Assembly: GCF_003367075.2 (NCBI RefSeq)
Contig: NZ_CP065936.1
Span: forward strand, 780,001 to 812,000
DNA length: 32,000 nt
From: Cylindrospermopsis raciborskii Cr2010
Lineage (GTDB): Bacteria > Cyanobacteriota > Cyanobacteriia > Cyanobacteriales > Nostocaceae
Direction of reading: 5' to 3'
Part shown: positions 24,398 to 31,306 of the stretch, piece after piece
How the letters are laid out: every line of letters starts with the position of its first letter
Numbering within the stretch: the first letter of the stretch is position 1
Notes under the pieces: generated by a model
Database searches by the model: none
What the model was told of the DNA's origin: nothing
Seen by the model: only the letters and a program-made list of their open reading frames with translations
Translations under genes and position numbers: made by a program

Positions 24398-25711
24398 AAC
24401 ATTTAAAAAAGTCAGGAGTTGCAGATGATTAGTTTACTCATTAACCGCTATGAAATTATAAATCCCCTAGGATCTGGAGGATTTGGAGAAACCTTCTTAG
24501 CTCGCGATACTCAAATGCCCTCACAACGTCTAGTTGTCATTAAACATCTCAAGCCCGCTCTTCAAAATAGTCATAGTTCTACTGAATTAATTGAAAACCT
24601 TTTTCAAAAAGAGGCAGCAGTATTAGAAGAGTTAGGAAACCATTGTTCTCAAATTCCTCAACTTTACAGCTATTTTTCAGAAGAGGGAGAGTTTTATCTA
24701 GTTCAAGAATATATAGAGGGCAAAAACTTGTCCCAGGTAGGACAAATTAAACCAGAACAGGCTACAGTCATTTTGTCTTCTTTGTTGAATACCCTGAAAT
24801 ATGTCCACAGCAAAAATATTATCCACAGGGATATTAAACCAGAAAATATTATTCTTCGAGATAGTGATAGACTACCTGTATTAATTGATTTTGGTGCTGT
24901 CAAGGAAACTATGGGCGTTGTTACCTTGGGGTCCGGTTCCACAGTTAGTTCAGTGGTAGTGGGAACCAGAGGATTTATGGCTCCCGAACAAACCGCAGGA
25001 AGACCTGTTTTTAGTACGGATTTATATGCCTTGGGGTTAACAATTATTTATGCTTTAACTCAAAAGCTACCCATCGAATTTAGCGTTAGTCAACTAACAG
25101 GAGAAATAGATTGGACAAGTTATGTGCCTAATTTAGATTCAAAGCTAGTACAAGTATTGAATAAGTCTATTAAGATAGATTTAGGGAGCAGATATTTGAC
25201 AGCGGAAGCAATGTATTCTGATTTACATACTTCCTCCGGCATACCACTGTCTACCGTACTAACACCCAAAAGTCAGGAAGATACACTAGTTGTATCACCA
25301 GGTGGCGAAAGTAAAAATCTGATTTCCAGTTTAACCAGTGTAGTATTTAATAAAGTAAAGTCCCAAAACAAGGACACAAAAGTTCCCGTTGACTACACCA
25401 GAGTCGCAGTAATTGTATTAAGTATTTTAGGCTTAGCAGGAGGTTTTTTTGTAACACAACAAATGTTGGAAGCACAGGAAAGGGCGGCGCAATTAGAAAG
25501 GGAAAAAAAGGAAGCAGAGGAGAAAAAAGAAATAGCAGAAAAAGAAAGACTACGAGCTCAACAAAAAGCACTAGAAGCAGAGAATCTCAGACAAACAGCA
25601 GAACAGGAAAGATTAGCAGTCGAGAAAAGACAAGCACAAGAAGAAAGGAGGCGATTAGCGGCTGAGTCGCGACAAGCCAGATTAGAACGCCGAAGACTAG
25701 CCGCAGAAAGA
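24340..25711 (+). repeat. Segmental duplication, copy A (deacetylase 3' end plus the first ~430 codons of kinase 1)
   Basis: It aligns to 26846-28211. From 24421 to 25711 the offset is exactly 2500 bp with no indels and about 39 substitutions by my line-by-line count (~97% identity). Confidence 0.9.
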
Positions 25712-25957
25712 AGACTTTCAATAAATTCCTCTCAAACATCACAAACAGATGCGACAGTTGTAGGACAGCCAGGCTATAAAAATATCCGATCAGGCCCGGG
25801 AACCACTTACAAGGTACTAGGAACTGCAGATACTGGTGATCCGGTTAAAATTTTAGGCAGTAGTTATGATCAGGATAATTATCAATGGTATCAAGTCTAT
25901 CATCCTAACTCTGGTACAACTGGGTGGATTGCCGCTCAATTAATTAATCTTAATTAG
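24425..25957 (+). CDS. Ser/Thr protein kinase: TM, charged helix, C-terminal bacterial SH3 domain
   Basis: Hanks kinase motifs are GSGGFGETFLA, VIKHL, HRDIKPENIIL, DFG and GTRGFMAPE. There is a TM segment VAVIVLSILGLAGGFFV, an E/R/K/Q/A-rich segment of ~80 aa, and a C-terminal GYKNIRSGPGTTYKVLGT...YQWYQV...GWIAAQLI (SH3b-like). The ATG at 24425, after AGGAG at 24414-24418, is preferred over the listed TTG at 24419. Confidence 0.9.
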   Translation: MISLLINRYEIINPLGSGGFGETFLARDTQMPSQRLVVIKHLKPALQNSHSSTELIENLFQKEAAVLEELGNHCSQIPQLYSYFSEEGEFYLVQEYIEGKNLSQVGQIKPEQATVILSSLLNTLKYVHSKNIIHRDIKPENIILRDSDRLPVLIDFGAVKETMGVVTLGSGSTVSSVVVGTRGFMAPEQTAGRPVFSTDLYALGLTIIYALTQKLPIEFSVSQLTGEIDWTSYVPNLDSKLVQVLNKSIKIDLGSRYLTAEAMYSDLHTSSGIPLSTVLTPKSQEDTLVVSPGGESKNLISSLTSVVFNKVKSQNKDTKVPVDYTRVAVIVLSILGLAGGFFVTQQMLEAQERAAQLEREKKEAEEKKEIAEKERLRAQQKALEAENLRQTAEQERLAVEKRQAQEERRRLAAESRQARLERRRLAAERRLSINSSQTSQTDATVVGQPGYKNIRSGPGTTYKVLGTADTGDPVKILGSSYDQDNYQWYQVYHPNSGTTGWIAAQLINLN

Positions 25958-25998
25958 CAGTGGGGTTAATAAATTTCAACTGACAACTAATAAATAAA

Positions 25999-26844
25999 AT
26001 GAAACTCTTTCTATCATTTCTATCATTCTTCAGACATTTTATCCCAACTATGATTCTTATCATCGGTGTGGGAATTTATATGTTGTTGCGACCTTCTGAT
26101 GTTCCAGTCCCCACTACGTTTACTAACTCTTCTCCCGGTTCTTCTAGTTATCAAATTTCTAATCCTCCCCCCCGCCAGGTCACTGAAAGTCTGACAAATA
26201 CCCCTCAATATTCCCTATCTCCTCCGGCTAGTCAAGTTGCAAATGATACTGATATTATACCTCAACCTCTTAGCAAATCTTTTGAACCTACTTTACCCAG
26301 TTCAAGATCTATTCAAAGTCAACCACCAGCTCACTTTCGTTATCCAGAAAATAAACAAAATTTAGTAGAAGTCGGAACCTATTATAACCGCACAGCTTAT
26401 TTGAATTTGGAGGCCGCAACAGCATTCAAAAAAATGAAACTTGCTGCCAACCAAGCAGGAATTAAACTTGCTCCTATATCTGGCTTTCGCTCATTTGTCG
26501 AACAGGAAAAACTGTTTCAAAAACAGATTGAACGTCGGGGTAGCGCGCAAGCAGCCCAACTACTGAGTGCGCCTCCGCGTTTTAGCGAACACCACACGGG
26601 CTATGCAATCGATATCAGTGATGATAGACATCCTGAAACTGACCTTAAATTCGCGTTTGAGTCTACTGAAGCCTATCGGTGGCTAGAAGTTAATGCCTCT
26701 CAATATGGATTTGAACTATCATTTCCAAGAAACAATTTTCAGGGAGTTAGTCATGAACCTTGGCATTGGCGATTTGTTGGTTCCCTTACAGCTAAAGAAA
26801 TTTTTAAGGCAGCCAGGATACAACAAAACTCAAGAAAGTTCTAG
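25999..26844 (+). CDS. M15-family D-alanyl-D-alanine carboxypeptidase (VanY-like)
   Basis: N-terminal TM segment and a Pro/Ser-rich linker, then SGFRSFVEQEKLF, SEHHTGYAIDI (the SxHxxGxAxD zinc motif) and HEPWHWRF. Confidence 0.85.
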   Translation: MKLFLSFLSFFRHFIPTMILIIGVGIYMLLRPSDVPVPTTFTNSSPGSSSYQISNPPPRQVTESLTNTPQYSLSPPASQVANDTDIIPQPLSKSFEPTLPSSRSIQSQPPAHFRYPENKQNLVEVGTYYNRTAYLNLEAATAFKKMKLAANQAGIKLAPISGFRSFVEQEKLFQKQIERRGSAQAAQLLSAPPRFSEHHTGYAIDISDDRHPETDLKFAFESTEAYRWLEVNASQYGFELSFPRNNFQGVSHEPWHWRFVGSLTAKEIFKAARIQQNSRKF

Positions 26845-26845
26845 T

Positions 26846-28211
26846 TCTCAAAATAAAGTTGAGTTCGCTTAGTGAACCTGTTGAATCTGTTAAGTAAACC
26901 ATATAAAAAATTAAGGATTTGCACATGAACAGCTTACTCATTAACCGCTATGAAATTATAAATCCTCTGGGATCTGGAGGATTTGGAGAAACCTTCTTGG
27001 CTCGTGATACTCAAATGCCCTCACAGCGTCTAGTTGTCATTAAACATCTCAAGCCCGCTCTTCAAAATAGTCATAGTTCTACAGAATTAATTGAAAACCT
27101 TTTTCAAAAAGAGGCAGCAGTATTAGAAGAGTTAGGAAACCATTGTTCTCAAATTCCTCAACTTTACAGCTATTTTTCAGAAGAGGGAGAGTTTTATCTG
27201 GTTCAAGAATATATAGAGGGCAAAAACTTGTCCCAGGTAGGACAAATTAAACCAGAACAGGCTACAGTCATTTTGTCTTCTTTGTTGAATACCCTGAAAT
27301 ATGTCCACAGCAAAAATATTATCCACAGGGATATTAAACCAGAAAACATTATTCTTCGAGATAGTGATAGACTACCTGTATTAATTGATTTTGGTGCTGT
27401 CAAGGAAACTATGGGCGCTGTTACCCTGGGGTCCGGTTCCACAGTTAGTTCAGTGGTAGTGGGAACCAGAGGATTTATGGCTCCCGAACAAACCGCAGGA
27501 AGACCTGTTTTTAGTACGGATTTATACGCCTTGGGGTTAACAATTATTTATGCTTTAACTCAAAAGCTACCCATCGAATTTAGTGTTAGTCAACTAACAG
27601 GAGAAATAGATTGGACAAGTTATGTGCCTAATCTAGATCCAAAGCTAGTACAAGTATTGAATAAGTCTATTAAGATGGATTTAGGGAGTAGATATCTGAC
27701 AGCGGAGGCAATGTATTCTGACTTACATACTTCCTCCGGCATACCACTGTCTACCGTACTAACACCCAAAAGTCAGGAAGATACACTAGTTGTATCACCA
27801 GGTGGCGAAAGTAAAAATTTGATTTCCAGTTTAACCAGTGTAGTATTTAATAAAGTAAAGTCCCAAAACAAGGACACAAAAGTTCCCGTTAACTACACCA
27901 GAGTTGCAGTAATTGCATTAAGTATTTTAGGCTTAGCAGGAGGTTTTTTTGTAACACAACAAATGTTGGAAGCACAGGAAAGGGCGGCGCAATTAGAAAG
28001 GGAAAAAAAGGAAGCAGAGGAGAAAAAAGAAATAGCAGAAAAAGAGAGGCTACAAGCTCAACAAAAAGCACTAGAAGCAGAGAATCTCAGACAAACAGCA
28101 GAACAGGAAAGATTAGCAGTCGAGAAAAGACAAGCACAAGAAGAGAGGAGACGATTAGCAGATGAATCACGACAAGCCAGATTAGAACGCCAAAGATTAG
28201 CGGCAGAAAGA
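26846..28211 (+). repeat. Segmental duplication, copy B
   Basis: See copy A. The stretch 26846-26924 is a decayed, indel-containing relic of the deacetylase 3' end and intergenic region (TTGAGTTCGCT.TAGTGAACC...TAAGTAAACC versus TTGAATTCGCTACTCTTAGTGAAAC...CAAGTAAAAC). Confidence 0.85.
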
Positions 28212-28544
28212 TCACGTGTAGCAGCTTTATCGGAAAATTATATAACAAGTAATACACCAGATAATAATACTAGCAGCGAACCAGTATATACAACTAATTC
28301 TAATGTTAGTAGCAGCTGGAGACCAACATGTGGAGATTCATATACATCTGGTTCTCAATGGTGGGCAGTAAAAGGTCCTGCTTCTGCACTCAGTGTAGTT
28401 AAAAATAAATATTGTGGAGATGCATATATTGCCAGCAGGGAAACTCAGGCTGCCAGTTTTAGTTCTGAAAGTGCTGCTTGGAGTTTTGCCAATGCTTTAA
28501 GTTCCGCATCTGGATATCAATTTTGGGTTAAAAAGAGTCGATAA
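26925..28544 (+). CDS. Ser/Thr protein kinase paralog: TM, charged helix, and a different Cys-containing C-terminal domain
   Basis: Over the first ~430 residues it differs from kinase 1 by about nine substitutions. The last ~110 aa are unrelated to it (…SSSWRPTCGDSYTSGSQWWAVKGPASALSVVKNKYCGDAYIASRETQAASFSSESAAWSFANALSSASGYQFWVKKSR). The ATG at 26925 is preferred over the TTG at 26919. Confidence 0.9.
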   Translation: MNSLLINRYEIINPLGSGGFGETFLARDTQMPSQRLVVIKHLKPALQNSHSSTELIENLFQKEAAVLEELGNHCSQIPQLYSYFSEEGEFYLVQEYIEGKNLSQVGQIKPEQATVILSSLLNTLKYVHSKNIIHRDIKPENIILRDSDRLPVLIDFGAVKETMGAVTLGSGSTVSSVVVGTRGFMAPEQTAGRPVFSTDLYALGLTIIYALTQKLPIEFSVSQLTGEIDWTSYVPNLDPKLVQVLNKSIKMDLGSRYLTAEAMYSDLHTSSGIPLSTVLTPKSQEDTLVVSPGGESKNLISSLTSVVFNKVKSQNKDTKVPVNYTRVAVIALSILGLAGGFFVTQQMLEAQERAAQLEREKKEAEEKKEIAEKERLQAQQKALEAENLRQTAEQERLAVEKRQAQEERRRLADESRQARLERQRLAAERSRVAALSENYITSNTPDNNTSSEPVYTTNSNVSSSWRPTCGDSYTSGSQWWAVKGPASALSVVKNKYCGDAYIASRETQAASFSSESAAWSFANALSSASGYQFWVKKSR

Positions 28545-28634
28545 AATCCATCCTCAAAGGATGATGAATAACCAAAGCGATCGCACTTGGTATATTCCTG
28601 ATAATCATGCTCTCCAATCCTGATGTTACGCCAT

Positions 28635-28667
28635 AAAAAAAGCCCCCCACTAGGTGAGGGGCTTTTC
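28635..28667 (-). terminator. Intrinsic terminator of psbA (also positioned to stop the convergent kinase gene)
   Basis: A GC-rich hairpin, AGCCCCCCAC (28641-28650) tag GTGAGGGGCT (28654-28663), forms 9 of 10 pairs. On the minus strand it is followed by a T7 run (A-run 28635-28641). It lies ~20 nt past the psbA stop. Confidence 0.7.
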
Positions 28668-28685
28668 ACTTACCAGTATTGATTA

Positions 28686-29768
28686 TTAACCGTTGATTGC
28701 GGGGGCGGTTAATGCTACAGGAGCTACTTCACCAGCAGCTAGGTCTAGGGGGAAGTTGTGCGCATTGCGCTCGTGCATTACTTCCATACCTAGGTTAGCG
28801 CGGTTGATTACGTCAGCCCATGTACCTATTACACGACCTTGAGAATCAATGATTGATTGGTTGAAGTTGAATCCGTTCAGGTTGAATGCCATGGTGCTTA
28901 CACCCAGTGCTGTAAACCATATTCCTACTACTGGCCATGCTGCCAAGAAGAAGTGTAGTGAACGGCTGTTGTTAAATGAAGCATATTGGAATATCAAGCG
29001 TCCGAAGTAACCGTGTGCTGCTACGATGTTGTAGGTTTCTTCCTCTTGTCCGAACTTGTAACCATAGTTCTGAGACTCGGTTTCGGTTGTTTCTCTTACT
29101 AAGGAAGATGTTACTAAGGAACCGTGCATGGCGCTGAACAAGCTACCACCGAATACACCTGCTACTCCTAGCATGTGGAAGGGGTGCATGAGGATGTTAT
29201 GCTCTGCTTGGAACACTATCATGAAGTTGAAGGTTCCAGAGATACCTAAAGGCATACCATCAGAGAAGGAACCTTGTCCGATGGGGTAGATTAGGAATAC
29301 TGCGGTAGCTGCTGCCAAGGGGGCGGAGAAAGCTACGCAAATCCAAGGGCGCATGCCTAAACGGAAGGATAGTTCCCATTCACGACCTAGGTAGCAGGCT
29401 ACACCAATCAAGAAGTGGAAAATTACTAGTTGGTAAGGACCACCGTTGTATAACCATTCATCTAAGGATGCAGCTTCCCAAATTGGGTAGAAGTGCAAGC
29501 CAATAGCGTTGGAGGAGGGAACAACAGCACCGGAGATAATGTTGTTACCGTACATTAAGGAACCAGCTACGGGTTCACGAATACCGTCGATGTCAACGGG
29601 GGGAGCAGCAATGAAAGCAATGATGAAGCAAGTGGTAGCTGCAAGTAGGGTGGGGATCATTAACACGCCGAACCAGCCAATATAGAGGCGGTTGTTGGTG
29701 CTGGTGATAAATTCACAGAAACGATCCCATACGTTGGCGCTTTGGCGCTGTTGAATGGTGGTGGTCAT
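28686..29768 (-). CDS. psbA: Photosystem II reaction-centre protein D1
   Basis: The 360-aa sequence is unmistakable D1 ([10 protein letters not shown]...[23 protein letters not shown]...[13 protein letters not shown] plus a 16-aa C-terminal extension). Residue 130 is Glu by my count (…CYLGRE130WELS). Confidence 0.98.
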   Translation of the reverse strand: MTTTIQQRQSANVWDRFCEFITSTNNRLYIGWFGVLMIPTLLAATTCFIIAFIAAPPVDIDGIREPVAGSLMYGNNIISGAVVPSSNAIGLHFYPIWEAASLDEWLYNGGPYQLVIFHFLIGVACYLGREWELSFRLGMRPWICVAFSAPLAAATAVFLIYPIGQGSFSDGMPLGISGTFNFMIVFQAEHNILMHPFHMLGVAGVFGGSLFSAMHGSLVTSSLVRETTETESQNYGYKFGQEEETYNIVAAHGYFGRLIFQYASFNNSRSLHFFLAAWPVVGIWFTALGVSTMAFNLNGFNFNQSIIDSQGRVIGTWADVINRANLGMEVMHERNAHNFPLDLAAGEVAPVALTAPAING

Positions 29769-29836
29769 GTTTTTATAAATGCGGTTTAACCGAAGGTTTA
29801 TGTATGTTCAGGTAGGTGTTTTTACCTTATGAACTT

Positions 29837-29865
29837 ATATTAAGACAAATGTTTAGTTTTGTAAA
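29837..29865 (-). promoter_or_regulatory. psbA promoter (-35 TTTACA / -10 TAATAT on the minus strand)
   Basis: The minus strand reads TTTACA (complement of 29860-29865), a 17-nt spacer, then TAATAT (complement of 29837-29842). This predicts a ~60-nt leader. The -35 sits inside the inverted repeat TTTTGTAAA ggggt TTTACAAAA (29857-29879). Confidence 0.5.
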
Positions 29866-30226
29866 GGGGTTTTTACAAAATTTTTAATAATTTTGCCAAT
29901 TAGGGATTTCGCCATAAATGGTAGGGGTTTCTGGGTATTAAGTTACTAGTTTTGACGCTCAATTTAGCTTTTAATGATTGTTTTGTGTTAAATGCTATGT
30001 AATTTAAGTTTAATTGAGTTAGCTTTTATCTATACTTTATTATAAGAATTGTGATAAGAAGCGCGATCTGGCGAGTGCTAGTGCTTTCCGATCTCCCATA
30101 GGGAGTGCTTTGTAATCGCGTCTTGATATATAGTGGGTTTACAAAGCTGTGGTATAATGGGTAGAAAAAGTATGAGAACTATAAAAGGCTACGGCACTTC
30201 CAGAGATTTTTTTGTGAAATTCTTAT

Positions 30227-30278
30227 TCTTATTTTAGGATAATGGCAGAAACTAAAATAAGATTAAATCTTATTTTAG
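30227..30278 (+). promoter_or_regulatory. Three-arm repeat capable of alternative hairpins, directly upstream of the Fic remnant
   Basis: TCTTATTTTAG occurs at 30227-30237 and again at 30268-30278, with its exact complement CTAAAATAAGA at 30252-30262. Confidence 0.3.
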
Positions 30279-30285
30279 TTTCAAG

Positions 30286-30486
30286 GTGGAGCAAATGAAA
30301 CGAGGGATTCAGGGACATTATGTGACCATTTCCACAGCAGGTGAGAGGGCGCATGCTTTTATTCCCAAGCCTTTACCTCCTCATCCCGCCATTGAGTGGA
30401 CACAGACACTATCTAGCAAATTTGATCAAGCACTTGTTAGCCTTGGTCGTCGGTGCGATCGCACTCTCAAATTATATAATCCATAA
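30286..30486 (+). pseudogene. Truncated Fic/DOC-family gene (N-terminal ~55 codons only)
   Basis: MKRGIQGHYVTISTAGERAHAFIPKPLPPHPAIEWTQTLSSKFDQALVSLGR matches the conserved Fic N-terminal region (…AFIP.PLPP.P.I…A..ALG.L). The similarity ends at the HIP1 site at 30455-30462, and the frame stops 8 codons later. No HPFx(D/E)GNGR core is present. Confidence 0.6.
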
Positions 30487-30561
30487 ATGCGATCGCACAT
30501 CCTTGGTTAAATAGCAGTATAATGTCAAAGATAATCTTGAGCAAAAGAATGAGATAGTGCA

Positions 30562-30987
30562 TTATAATATATTCAGGTTCCTGTCAGTAACATCCTTGAG
30601 AGTGTAACAGCAATTAACTGGTATCTCCATACCTGTTTCAGCGATCGCATCCAAACGAGCTTTTTGGTAAATCCTATTTAAAAACTCGTCCGTCATATAT
30701 TTTTTAAGACTCGGACTATCGATTAAATAATCCTCAATATTGCTCCTTTCTCTTTGAACAGTCACCAACCAACTTCGCGATCGCAATTCAGGTTGATAGT
30801 CCCACTTGAGTAAGTGATGCAATATTAGTCGCATACTACTTAATAACCGATCTCGTTCTCGTTTCGACAAGTCTCTAATTTCTTCCACTAAGTTTATGAT
30901 ATCTAGCTTATCAAAATGCCCGTTAGCAATTAGATCAGCCATCTTTTCTGACCAGAGAGCAAAATCTTGTTCATACAAGGTTGTCAT
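30562..30987 (-). CDS. DUF29-family protein
   Basis: MTTLYEQDFALWSEKMADLIANGHFDKLDIINLVEEIRDLSKRERDRLLSSMRLILHHLLKW is the typical DUF29 N-terminus, a family abundant in cyanobacteria. Confidence 0.8.
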   Translation of the reverse strand: MTTLYEQDFALWSEKMADLIANGHFDKLDIINLVEEIRDLSKRERDRLLSSMRLILHHLLKWDYQPELRSRSWLVTVQRERSNIEDYLIDSPSLKKYMTDEFLNRIYQKARLDAIAETGMEIPVNCCYTLKDVTDRNLNIL

Positions 30988-31092
30988 AGTTTGTATATCT
31001 GTTCATAGAAATTATCTGTCCCGTCATCATAATTAAGAAATTCCGTCATTTTTTAGCAGTTGCAATTATCATGACTATGACTCCTATAAAAT

Positions 31093-31122
31093 GCTGACTT
31101 TACTATTTTAACAAGCGATCGC
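31093..31122 (+). repeat. 30-bp direct repeat, copy 1 (ends in HIP1)
   Basis: GCTGACTTTACTATTTTAACAAGCGATCGC is identical to 31227-31256. Confidence 0.85.
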
Positions 31123-31226
31123 GAAGTACTCGCTGTGGGCGATCGCATTTATGGTGGGGTAGGTAAGGTGGAAAAAACTGATGGGGGAGTAAACTTTTAG
31201 TTGGGATGAAACCAAATCAAAAAAAA

Positions 31227-31256
31227 GCTGACTTTACTATTTTAACAAGCGATCGC
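31227..31256 (+). repeat. 30-bp direct repeat, copy 2
   Basis: Perfect copy of 31093-31122, 134 bp downstream. Confidence 0.85.
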
Positions 31257-31306
31257 CCAGTGATAGGTTAGAGTACATAGGAAATCATTGCTGAAGAAAC
31301 TAGTTT

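Noticed and set aside
24703-28071. Pairs of near-identical minus-strand ORFs (24703-24942 and 27203-27442; 25347-25571 and 27889-28071), plus 26023-26208
   Set aside because: Their duplication merely reflects the duplicated kinase genes they lie antisense to. The Leu/Phe-rich second pair is the complement of the Glu/Lys-rich helix codons.
24421-28211. The exact 2500-bp offset between the kinase copies as a meaningful number
   Set aside because: The constant offset shows only that there are no indels. The round value itself is coincidental.
31093-31256. CRISPR array reading of the 30-bp direct repeats
   Set aside because: There are only two copies, the 104-bp spacing is unlike CRISPR spacers, no cas genes are nearby, and the repeat ends in HIP1.
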